A DNA stretch of 64,000 nt, from NCBI GenBank assembly GCA_964555645.1, contig CAZKTA010000004.1:46742-110741 (forward strand). Reading direction: 5' to 3'. The stretch's first letter is position 1. Each line of letters opens with the position of its first letter. Under the pieces are notes generated by a model, which saw nothing but the letters and a program-made list of their open reading frames with translations, searched no databases and had not been told where the DNA came from. Origin of the DNA: an uncultured Verrucomicrobiota bacterium. GTDB taxonomy: Bacteria > Verrucomicrobiota > Verrucomicrobiia > Limisphaerales > DTLC01. Positions 52,287 to 61,027 of this stretch are shown piece by piece. Position numbers and translations under genes: made by a program.

Positions 52287-52556
52287 ATGCACGAGCACGA
52301 TAAACAGATTCCAATTTGGTTTTTCATTGGCGCGTTACTGACGCTTTATGGGGTACTCATCTTTGGCGCAGGCATTTACGGGGCGCTTAATCCGCCGCCC
52401 GAGACGCAACGTGTTGCCCTTTGGCATCTGCATGCCGACATTTGGTGGGGCGCGTTACTTGCCGTGTTCGGCCTGATTTACGTCATCCGGTTCTGGCCAT
52501 CGAAGGAAGAAACCCTAACTGGGCTGGCCGAGCACCAACAGCAAAGCCGCAACTGA
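52287..52556 (+). CDS. Small two-TM membrane protein, probable accessory partner of the SSS transporter
   Basis: IWFFIGALLTLYGVLIFGAG...LHADIWWGALL; starts 8 bp after the SSS stop. Confidence 0.75.
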   Translation: MHEHDKQIPIWFFIGALLTLYGVLIFGAGIYGALNPPPETQRVALWHLHADIWWGALLAVFGLIYVIRFWPSKEETLTGLAEHQQQSRN

Positions 52557-52758
52557 CGCGCACCGGCGCGGTTCGGGTCTTTAGACTGCATTGCGGTTGG
52601 CGAGCCATTAGTTGCTCGTGAGCGCGCATAACTCTTCGAATTGTAAAAAACACCGCCAGTTGGCGCCCCTTGCCGGCAACACCGTCCTGGTTGATTCGAA
52701 TTCGGCGGAGGTGCCGCGGGAGCAGAACGGCACAACAACAAGTGTGAAAACATCCAGG

Positions 52759-53259
52759 CTAAAGCTTGAGTGCCCTGAGGGTTTGTGCATGGCTGATTCG
52801 CCAGGTGCGTTCAACTTTGCGCAACTGCAATTTGACGGCTTGCACGAGGAATTCTTTTGACCCGGGTTGAGTAGCTTTCACAGTCAACTGTGCTGTGGCG
52901 GTGCGTTTATCGGGTGCAAGTGCCACTGTCACATCCAAGAACTGTACCTTTAGCTCGCCCAGATTCTTGTGTGCCAATAGAGCGGCATCGCGCACTTCTT
53001 CCCGGCCGGATAATGTAAATCTACCTTCGGCAGGCACTTCGACGTCAACTTCGATGTCTGGAGTGGCGAATCTGAGCAACTTGTCCACGGCCAGTCCCAT
53101 TTGCACGGCAGATTCGTTTGGCGGTATCGAGGCTGCCTTGGCCACTGCATCCAGCGTTTTAAGTATCCGCTTTTGTTCATTGGGAAAAAGATATTGCCAC
53201 CCCAGCCAGGCGAGCCAGGCTAGAACCAACAATCCAATGATTCGTTTGATTGTTTTCAC
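52759..53259 (-). CDS. Membrane-anchored NTF2/SnoaL-like hypothetical protein
   Basis: N-terminal TM segment, then helices and a curved beta-sheet pattern (VQFLDVTV...ATAQLTVKA...LQLRKVERTWRI). Overlaps the lepB stop. Confidence 0.65.
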   Translation of the reverse strand: MKTIKRIIGLLVLAWLAWLGWQYLFPNEQKRILKTLDAVAKAASIPPNESAVQMGLAVDKLLRFATPDIEVDVEVPAEGRFTLSGREEVRDAALLAHKNLGELKVQFLDVTVALAPDKRTATAQLTVKATQPGSKEFLVQAVKLQLRKVERTWRISHAQTLRALKL

Positions 53260-53831
53260 CAGAGTATCTTTCCGACGATCCTATTTGCTTCAGCTCGACC
53301 GAATTCGTGTTCGCGCTGGTCCATGCCCCGGTTGTCACCTATAAGGAAGTACTCGTTGTCAGCGAGTTTGATGGGCCGCAGTTGCCATTGTCCGCGTGCT
53401 TTGACATACGGCTCGGCCAACGGTTCGCCATTGATGTACACGATGCCGTTTGTGATTGCGATTGTCTCGCCCGGCAACGCAACAATCCGTTTGAGCAACA
53501 GGACCGATGGCCCTGCAAAAACCCGCCTGAGTGTCGTAATGTGCATGCTCGCATCGGATGGCGGGTTCGAGTACCGCACCGCAACAACATCACCCCGATG
53601 CGGTTTGTCGACCACATAAGCTAGCCGGTTGATAAAGTTGATCGCGTCAGACCTGTAGGTTGGTTCCATGCTTACCCCCACAATGCGCACCGGCAGAAGA
53701 ATGAACTTGCATGTCCCAAATACAACCACTGCAAGCACAGCGGCGCGGATCAAGGTGCGTTTCGGTTTGCGCCCGAAAATAATCCGTTTCAGCACTTGCT
53801 TCCACCGTATGCCCGTGTCTGGTTCGGCCAT
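53256..53831 (-). CDS. lepB: Signal peptidase I
   Basis: GVSMEPT (Ser), LLKRIVALPGE (Lys) and YFLIGDNR. Confidence 0.93.
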   Translation of the reverse strand: MAEPDTGIRWKQVLKRIIFGRKPKRTLIRAAVLAVVVFGTCKFILLPVRIVGVSMEPTYRSDAINFINRLAYVVDKPHRGDVVAVRYSNPPSDASMHITTLRRVFAGPSVLLLKRIVALPGETIAITNGIVYINGEPLAEPYVKARGQWQLRPIKLADNEYFLIGDNRGMDQREHEFGRAEANRIVGKILW

Positions 53832-54175
53832 ATGCACGCGTCACACTGCTTCGGCGCATAAACCTGCCACAATTAATTGTACATCTGCAAGCGTAACGGT
53901 AACGTCCAGTCCCACCGAGGTTGACATCGAACACGCTAATTTGTCTAAAGGCGCTCGGGTCGGAGCCAATGCACAGTTTTCGACCTGAACCGTGGAATTA
54001 AAATTGTTGGCCGTTGTGGGTGGGAAAAAAGAACAGATTCGATCTCACAGAGCGCAACTTTTGCATTGTGATACGCTCATGCGGTGCAGGACCATGGTTT
54101 TTAGACATGCATCCGTTTTTTTTGGCTTGTGCAGATGTGCGCGCCCGGTTTTCTTATGTAAAAGATTGAGTTAGC

Positions 54176-55267
54176 GTGCAGAAAGTCTTGGTTCATAGCT
54201 TGCACCTGGTTTTTTGGCGGCTACGCGCCCGAAAATACACCACGTTTCTTGCCACGTATGCCGCGGTTGTTATTGGCTGTACAGCGTTTGCGCGAGAGAA
54301 ACTTGTGGTGCGTGTCGGGCATTTCCCGAATTTGACTCACGCGCAGGCTGTGATTGGACACGCACTGAGCCGGCAAGGCAAGGGCTGGTTCGAGCAACGG
54401 CTCGGCACAAACGTGCAAGTGCAGTGGCTTGTGTATAACGCAGGCCCAAGCGCAATGGAGGCTATTTTTGCTAGGTCACTGGATCTGGCTTATGTCGGAC
54501 CAAATCCGGCAATCAATGCGTACTTGAAATCGCGCGGGAAAGAGATTCGGATCGTGGCCGGTGCGTGCAATGGTGGTGCTGCGCTTGTTGTTCAGCCGGA
54601 CGGGCGGATCCGGACCGATGCAGATTTTCGAGGTAAAAAAGTTGGTACACCGCAGCTTGGCAATACGCAAGACGTAGCCGCGCGTGCGTGGCTGCAATCG
54701 AAGGGGTATCGTATCACATTGACTGGTGGTGACGTGTTGGTTTTACCGACACAGAATCCAGATCAGTTGGCACTTTTTCGCAAGGGCGGACTCGATGCGG
54801 TTTGGACGATCGAGCCGTGGGTAAGCCGGCTTGTATTTGAAGCGGGGGCGCAAGTTTATCTGGAAGAAAAATCGCTTTGGCTACAGACAGCCGGCCGATA
54901 TGTCACAACACATCTGGTCAGTAGCGTACGATTTGCGAAGGAACAACCTGAACTATTGAAAAAATGGATTGCAGCGCATGTGGAGCTTACGCAGTGGATT
55001 GCTGAGCATCCTGCCGAGGCGAAAAAGCTCCTTAACGACGAGATTAAAGCCGAGACAGGCCGTGCATTACCCGAACAAGTGCTTGAGCGTGCATGGGACA
55101 AGATCGAGTTGACCTGGGACCCGGTGCGCGAGTCGCTGTTCAAATGCGCTGCGGACGCATACAGTATCGGGTTTTTGAAGAGCAAACCTGAACTGGCCGG
55201 TATTTACGATCTACGGTTGTTGAATGAGGTATTGGCACAAAAGAATTTGCCCGGCGTAAACGAATGA
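54176..55267 (+). CDS. ABC transporter substrate-binding protein, sulfonate/nitrate (SsuA-like)
   Basis: VGHFPNLTHAQA, NAGPSAMEA, YVGPNPAIN and TPQLGNTQDV. Start uncertain. Confidence 0.88.
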   Translation: MQKVLVHSLHLVFWRLRARKYTTFLATYAAVVIGCTAFAREKLVVRVGHFPNLTHAQAVIGHALSRQGKGWFEQRLGTNVQVQWLVYNAGPSAMEAIFARSLDLAYVGPNPAINAYLKSRGKEIRIVAGACNGGAALVVQPDGRIRTDADFRGKKVGTPQLGNTQDVAARAWLQSKGYRITLTGGDVLVLPTQNPDQLALFRKGGLDAVWTIEPWVSRLVFEAGAQVYLEEKSLWLQTAGRYVTTHLVSSVRFAKEQPELLKKWIAAHVELTQWIAEHPAEAKKLLNDEIKAETGRALPEQVLERAWDKIELTWDPVRESLFKCAADAYSIGFLKSKPELAGIYDLRLLNEVLAQKNLPGVNE

Positions 55268-56076
55268 ACGGCACCGACCAAACTGCCCACGGCACACCGG
55301 TCAAGCTAGCAGTTGAAAACGTCTCAAAGACTTTTCACAGCCGGCATGGAAGTGTGCACGCGCTTGGCGAGGTGACACTGCACATTCGTGAGGGCGAGTT
55401 TGTGTGTGTGGTTGGGCCGAGCGGCTGTGGCAAGACAACGCTGCTTAATATCATTGCCGGGCTTGAAACGCCGGATTCTGGGCGCGTGTTGGCTGATGGC
55501 AAACCTGTTACAGGGGCGGGCAGCGATAGACTGGTGTTATTTCAGGAACCGGCACTGTTTCCGTGGCTGGATGTGATGGGCAATGTCATGTTCGGCCTGA
55601 AACTCAAGCCAAACCTCAACAACAAAGAACGACGCGAGGTTGCCGAGTTTTACCTGCGCCTTGTAGGGCTTGAAAGGTTCATGCACGCGAACATTCATGA
55701 ACTGTCAGGGGGCATGAAACAACGCGTTGCACTTGCGCGCGCGTTAGCGCCGAACCCGCGCGTGTTGCTCATGGACGAACCTTTCGGCTCACTTGACGCA
55801 TTGACACGCGAACAACTCTACGGCGATTTGCAGCTCATCTGGCAGAAACGCCCTAAAACTATCATTTTCGTCACGCATAATGTACGCGAGGCAGCTTGTC
55901 TTGGTGACCGTGTTGTGTTGTTGTCAGCGCGGCCTGGGCGCGTGCGTGAGCAGTTCCAGATACCCTTGGCGCGGCCGCGTGACATTAACAGTGTTGATGT
56001 GGCAAAACATTCAGTTGAAATCATCCGCGCACTCAAACCGCATCTGACACCGGACATTGAATCAATAGCCGAATGA
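55264..56076 (+). CDS. ABC transporter ATPase (SsuB/TauB-like)
   Basis: GPSGCGKTT, LSGGMKQR, LLMDEPF and FVTH. Confidence 0.95.
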   Translation: MNGTDQTAHGTPVKLAVENVSKTFHSRHGSVHALGEVTLHIREGEFVCVVGPSGCGKTTLLNIIAGLETPDSGRVLADGKPVTGAGSDRLVLFQEPALFPWLDVMGNVMFGLKLKPNLNNKERREVAEFYLRLVGLERFMHANIHELSGGMKQRVALARALAPNPRVLLMDEPFGSLDALTREQLYGDLQLIWQKRPKTIIFVTHNVREAACLGDRVVLLSARPGRVREQFQIPLARPRDINSVDVAKHSVEIIRALKPHLTPDIESIAE

Positions 56077-56840
56077 AACGTTTGTTGTCGGCAATTTTGT
56101 TTTTTGGCCTGATCGTTGCCGCGTGGGAATGGCTGGTACGTGCGGGGGTGTGGCCTCCGACCATCGTACCTGCGCCCTCAGAGGTTGCGCGTTACCTGAC
56201 AAGTTCGATTGCCGACGGTACATTACTCGGGGCAACCTGGGTGACAATCAGACGACTGGTGCTTGGCTATGCATTCGGGTTTGCCCTTGGGCATCCGATG
56301 GGTGTGTTGATTGCTCGATTCAAGTTCTTCAAAAACACAATTGGCTTGCTTGCACTTGGTTTGCAATCGTTACCGAGCATTTGCTGGGCGCCGCTTGCGC
56401 TGTTGTGGTTTGGTCAGACCGAGGCCGCGATGTTTTTCATCGTTATCATGGGTTCGGTTTGGTCAATCATGTTGGCCACAGACGCAGGCGTCAGGCATGT
56501 ACCACCTATATACCGTTGGGCAGCCATGACAATGGGATCGCACGGAGTTCATCTCTGGGCGAAGGTAATACTACCGGCTGCGCTCCCGTTCATCGTCAGC
56601 GGTATGAAACAGGGCTGGGCGTTTGCTTGGCGGTCGCTCATGGCGGCGGAGATTTATGTCACGATCCTGACCGGGTTTGGCCTTGGCCACGTGCTACATT
56701 ATGGGCGCGAATTACACGCCATGGATGCCGTGCTTGGCATCATGTTGGTGATAATTTTGATCGGGTTGACAACGGACAAGCTGCTCTTTTCGCCGCTCGA
56801 GCGGTTCATCCACAGACGTTGGGGAACAGAGCGTGCATGA
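56073..56840 (+). CDS. ABC transporter permease (SsuC/TauC-like)
   Basis: LQSLPSICWAP, ILPAALP...GMKQGWAFAWRSLMAAE and GLG. Confidence 0.93.
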   Translation: MKRLLSAILFFGLIVAAWEWLVRAGVWPPTIVPAPSEVARYLTSSIADGTLLGATWVTIRRLVLGYAFGFALGHPMGVLIARFKFFKNTIGLLALGLQSLPSICWAPLALLWFGQTEAAMFFIVIMGSVWSIMLATDAGVRHVPPIYRWAAMTMGSHGVHLWAKVILPAALPFIVSGMKQGWAFAWRSLMAAEIYVTILTGFGLGHVLHYGRELHAMDAVLGIMLVIILIGLTTDKLLFSPLERFIHRRWGTERA

Positions 56841-57006
56841 GCGCAGAATTGTTGTCTGGCAGGCTGACGCATTGGGTACTTAACGTTCAGAGCGGACTTG
56901 ATTCGCGTAAGGGTCCGTATTGTCTTGTTCGACCTCGCTTGGCCTCGGCCGGCTGCAACATGTTTCAATATGCATGGTCTAGGCAAATGCGACGCGGTTT
57001 TGCGGG

Positions 57007-57034
57007 TTGACATTGGTTGGTTTGGGGATAGGAT
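57007..57034 (+). promoter_or_regulatory. Putative sigma70 promoter for tRNA-Glu and the RelE-like gene
   Basis: TTGACA (57007-57012), 16 bp, TAGGAT (57029-57034). Confidence 0.5.
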
Positions 57035-57056
57035 TTGCTGGAAGTTAAAACCGAGC

Positions 57057-57131
57057 GGCGCGTTCGTCTATCGGTTAGGACACGGCCCTCTCAAGGCTGA
57101 AAGATGGGTTCGATTCCCATACGCGCCGCCA
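57057..57131 (+). tRNA. tRNA-Glu (anticodon CTC)
   Basis: Acceptor ggcgcgt/acgcgcc plus GCCA, anticodon arm cggcc-ctCTCaa-ggctg, T-loop gttcgattc. Confidence 0.95.
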
Positions 57132-57141
57132 AAGCTTTTGT

Positions 57142-57510
57142 ATGAGACCGTTTCAGATCATATTCAACCCGACAAGTGCAGCCGAGCTAGCTCGCATGCC
57201 GAAAGAATTACAGTTGCAGATTCTGGGCGAGTTTCGCGGTTTACCGCAGCAGGCGATCGGGACTGAGCTTGAGCAATTTGGCAAGCTGGAGCGTGGCGGT
57301 CGGACGCTTTACCGGTTTAGGGTTGGTGATTACCGGATTTATTTCGAGCGGCACGAGCTTGGGCTGGTTGTGCATCGGATTTTGAACAAGCACACACTTA
57401 AAGATTTTCTGTATCGGTCGGGTCTCAAGAGCAGCGAAGACGAGATGCTTCAGGCGAACCCGAAGTTTTGGGATCTGATCGAGTCGGCAAAAACGGAGCG
57501 CAAAACCTAG
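57142..57510 (+). CDS. RelE/ParE-fold protein with a C-terminal extension
   Basis: FQIIFNPTSAAELARMP...LYRFRVGDYRIYF...VVHRIL fits the RelE superfamily pattern. Confidence 0.75.
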   Translation: MRPFQIIFNPTSAAELARMPKELQLQILGEFRGLPQQAIGTELEQFGKLERGGRTLYRFRVGDYRIYFERHELGLVVHRILNKHTLKDFLYRSGLKSSEDEMLQANPKFWDLIESAKTERKT

Positions 57511-57805
57511 CTAAAACGAGCGGGTTTGTGCCGAGCAGGTAGTAATGCTGCTATTGGGAGTCCGTTTTGGTTTGACAGAACTGTTTTTTCCCAAACGCAA
57601 CGGGGGGATTTAAGCATGAATGATTTCTCGCTGGCGGATTTCCGGTGCTGCTGCAATTCTTGAACGGCGTGTGTGCCGTAGTGTGCTGAGTATTGGAGCC
57701 GAGCGCAATTTGCTGATGCAGGAGCTGCGAGCGTGTGCGGCTGCGCGCGTAAACCGTACATTGTAGCGGGGTTAATTTGCGGATTTTTGGTGGGTACGTT
57801 TTGCG

Positions 57806-60187
57806 GTGAAAGCAAAGAAGGACACTTTTGACCACGTTTGGTTTGTATATGCGGGGTTGGCGCTGGCCACGTTGCTCAGCTATGCGCAAGTGATCAATTT
57901 CGGGTTCACCAACTACGACGACCCGTACATTGTGTGGCAAAATCCAGTTGTATCCAGCGGATTAACATTGCGCGGGACATATTGGGCATTGACAACCGGT
58001 TTTTTTGATTTCTGGCGTCCGATGACGTGGTTGTCGCACATGCTTGATTGTGAGCTGTTTGGGCTGCGTGGTGGCATGCATCGGCTAATGAACGTGTTGT
58101 ATCACACGGCAGGCACGTTGTTTCTTTTTCACGCGCTTAAGATAATGACACGCTCAGTATGGCGCAGTGCGGTTGTAGCTGGGTTATTTGCGCTGCACCC
58201 GTTGCGTGTCGAGTCGGTCGCATGGGTAGCCGAGCGCAAAGACGTGTTGAGCGGGCTATTCGCATTTTTGAGCATGGTATGTTACGCGCGCTATGCCGAG
58301 TTACAACGAACTGTTTCTTGCACGAGTGCGCAGCAGCACGGGTCGGTTGTGCAGAAAGTGCCGTGCAAAACGCGCAGTATGCGTTGGTACTGGGGATCAA
58401 TTGTGTTTTTCGGACTGGGTTTGATGAGCAAACCGGCGTTGGTAACCCTCCCTTTTGTGCTATTGCTATTTGACTGTTGGCCGTTGAAACGGCTGCCTTT
58501 GCCGACGCCGCAATCGGCAGTGGCGCCGGTCACAAAAGCGATGTGGTGTGGTTGGACGGAACTTGCGCGTGAAAAATGGCCATTTTTCATGTTGAGCATT
58601 GTATCCAGCGGGATCACGTACGCTGTGATGAAAGCCGGCGGGAACGTCCTGTCGGGTGAAGTTGTTCCTTGGGGGTTACGTTTGGCGAATGTGCCAATCT
58701 CGTACGTGCGCTATTTGATCAAGACAATTGTGCCGATCAACCTTGCGCCGTTTTATCCGATGCCCGACTCATGGCCAGTTTGGTATGTAGCAGGGGCAAC
58801 ATTGATTCTTTGTGCAGTAACGATAATTGCAATTCGGCTCGTACGGTCTGCGCCGTACATCATAGTTGGCTGGCTGATATTTTTGGGGATGCTTGTGCCG
58901 ACGATCGGGATAGTACAGATGGGGTATCACTCAATTGCGGACAGGTACACTTATTTGCCGTTGGTAGGTTTATTTGTAGCAGCGGTATGGGGCGGCGCGG
59001 ATTTGGCAACCAAATTACGTCTGCCCGTGTTTTTGACGTTTACAATAGGTGCCGCTGTACTTGGTGCTGCGGGGCTGTTGACCTGGCGTCAAGTCCGGCA
59101 TTGGCGGGATGACGTGTCGCTTTGGTCATGGTGCATTGCTGTTACGAAAAACAATCCAAACGCACATTACGGTCTGGGTCGTGCATACCACGAGTTAGGT
59201 CAGCTCGACAAGGCAATCGAACAATATCAGGCTGCATTGCAGCTTGAGCCAGGTCATCTTCTGGCCAACTTGAATCTTGGTGTGGTACTTGCCAGGCAAG
59301 GCAGGTTAACGGATGCAACCAACTACTTCGGTGCGGTATTGGCGCGTGAACCTAAGATGGTGGAAGCGCACTTGAACATGGGCAACGCACTGTTTCTGCT
59401 CAAAGACTACGCGGGCGCAACTAATCACTTCGCGCACGTGCTTGCGCTGGTTCCGCAGCATCCCGAGGCGCATCGTACGTACGCGGCAGCGTTGGTCGAG
59501 TTGGGTGATTTCAACAGTGCGCTTGGGCACGTTAATGAGGCAATCCGGCTGGTCCCAAAGGACGTTTGGCTGCATGTGTTCAAGGGGCGGGCATTGAGTG
59601 GTCTGGGCAGGTCAGACGAAGCTTTGGATGCCTATTTCACGGCACTGAACATCAACTATGAATGTGCAGAGGCGCATTTCTACCTGGCGCTTCAATGGCT
59701 CAAGCGCGGCCGGTTGCAGGATGCAATTGCAAGTTTCAAAGAGGCTGTGCGAATCAACCCGAGTTGGGCTGAAGCACATGTGCAGCTTGGTATCGTTTTG
59801 ACCACACAAGGCATGCTTGCTGAGGCAATCGCACATTACCGACAGGCATTGAGTCTCAGACCATACGATCCAATAGCGCTTAACAACCTTGCCTGGCTGC
59901 TGGCCACCACCGCCAGCCCACAGCTCAGAGATGGGAAAGAAGCGGTGCAGTTGGCCGAACGCGCCTGTGCGCTGACTGGCTACAGAGAAACAGTTTTTGT
60001 GGGCACACTTGCCGCTGCGTATGCTGAAGCTGGCCAGTTCGATAAGGCAGTGGAGACCGCACGGCGTGCCTGCGAACTTGCCGTTGCGCAGGGGCAAACG
60101 AACCTTTTGTTGCGCAACCAACAACTGCTTGAGCTTTTCAAGGCTGGGCAAGCCTATCATGGGGGTGCACCGAGGCAAACTGAATGA
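57806..60187 (+). CDS. TMTC-like GT-C membrane glycosyltransferase with a TPR array
   Basis: FTNYDD, FWRPMTWLSH, HPLRVESVAWVAERKDVL, SKPALVTLP and ADRYTYLP, followed by about 9-10 TPRs ending LNNLAWLL...GTLAAAYAEAG. Confidence 0.85.
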   Translation: MKAKKDTFDHVWFVYAGLALATLLSYAQVINFGFTNYDDPYIVWQNPVVSSGLTLRGTYWALTTGFFDFWRPMTWLSHMLDCELFGLRGGMHRLMNVLYHTAGTLFLFHALKIMTRSVWRSAVVAGLFALHPLRVESVAWVAERKDVLSGLFAFLSMVCYARYAELQRTVSCTSAQQHGSVVQKVPCKTRSMRWYWGSIVFFGLGLMSKPALVTLPFVLLLFDCWPLKRLPLPTPQSAVAPVTKAMWCGWTELAREKWPFFMLSIVSSGITYAVMKAGGNVLSGEVVPWGLRLANVPISYVRYLIKTIVPINLAPFYPMPDSWPVWYVAGATLILCAVTIIAIRLVRSAPYIIVGWLIFLGMLVPTIGIVQMGYHSIADRYTYLPLVGLFVAAVWGGADLATKLRLPVFLTFTIGAAVLGAAGLLTWRQVRHWRDDVSLWSWCIAVTKNNPNAHYGLGRAYHELGQLDKAIEQYQAALQLEPGHLLANLNLGVVLARQGRLTDATNYFGAVLAREPKMVEAHLNMGNALFLLKDYAGATNHFAHVLALVPQHPEAHRTYAAALVELGDFNSALGHVNEAIRLVPKDVWLHVFKGRALSGLGRSDEALDAYFTALNINYECAEAHFYLALQWLKRGRLQDAIASFKEAVRINPSWAEAHVQLGIVLTTQGMLAEAIAHYRQALSLRPYDPIALNNLAWLLATTASPQLRDGKEAVQLAERACALTGYRETVFVGTLAAAYAEAGQFDKAVETARRACELAVAQGQTNLLLRNQQLLELFKAGQAYHGGAPRQTE

Positions 60188-60240
60188 TCCCCTGATTTTG
60201 TGCTGTCTTTGCCGAGCGCGAGGATGAGGCCGGAGCAAAA

Positions 60241-60861
60241 TTACCGGACGTCTTCGCCCAGCTCGACGTTCCAGTAAGCGAGGTCAATGAAATGTTTCCA
60301 GCTATCGTGCTGGTACAAGTTGAGATTGATCTGTACGAACGGGCGCCACTTGGGCCGTTTGGGCTTTCGGATGAGCCGCATCCCAGCTTCCTGTGGGGTA
60401 CGGTTGCCCTTGCGCGCATTGCACTCGAGGCATGAACAAACCACGTTTTCCCACGTGGTTGGTCCGCCGCGGTCACGTGGTATAACGTGATCTAGATTAA
60501 GGTCCTGCCGTTGGAACACGCGTCCGCAGTATTGGCAAGTGTTCTTGTCCCGTTCGAAAATGTTATGCCGAGTGAACTTGACTTCTTTCTTTGGCAGCCT
60601 GTCGTAAACAAGCAGCAGAATGATGCGCGGCACGCGAATCCGAAAAGACACAGTGCGCACGCATTCCGGACTAGGATCGCGCTCGGAGAAATCGCGCCAT
60701 TCTTTGAAGTCGTATGTACGGAACGAGCCGTCCGGGCCGTTGACAACAACCTGCGCGTGGCCCTGGAACAGCAGGATCAACGCCCGTTTCACCGTGCAGA
60801 TGTTAACCGCTTGCCATAGGCGGTTTAACACAAGCACCTGCTGGTTCAACAACGCTACCAT
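60241..60861 (-). CDS. HNH endonuclease (McrA/HNH_5-like)
   Basis: VLVLNRLWQAVN, CQYCG and LNLDHVIPRDRGG..TWENVVCSC..CNARKGNR. Confidence 0.93.
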   Translation of the reverse strand: MVALLNQQVLVLNRLWQAVNICTVKRALILLFQGHAQVVVNGPDGSFRTYDFKEWRDFSERDPSPECVRTVSFRIRVPRIILLLVYDRLPKKEVKFTRHNIFERDKNTCQYCGRVFQRQDLNLDHVIPRDRGGPTTWENVVCSCLECNARKGNRTPQEAGMRLIRKPKRPKWRPFVQINLNLYQHDSWKHFIDLAYWNVELGEDVR

Positions 60862-60882
60862 ACCAACAGTAAAGCTCGGCTG

Positions 60883-60912
60883 AAGTTAGCATTTTGCGCA
60901 TTAAGATGTCAA
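60883..60912 (-). promoter_or_regulatory. Putative sigma70 promoter of the HNH gene
   Basis: Minus strand: TTGACA (60912-60907), 18 bp, extended TGcTAACTT (-10 at 60888-60883). Confidence 0.45.
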
Positions 60913-61027
60913 CGACGCCGAAAAAGTCACTAGCTTGCATGTACGCAGGAATGCAGGGGTGCAGCGGTTTGTCGGGGTTAGAAGAGATTTTTGTGGGTGG
61001 GACAACAGTGGTGTACGGCTGGCTTGT

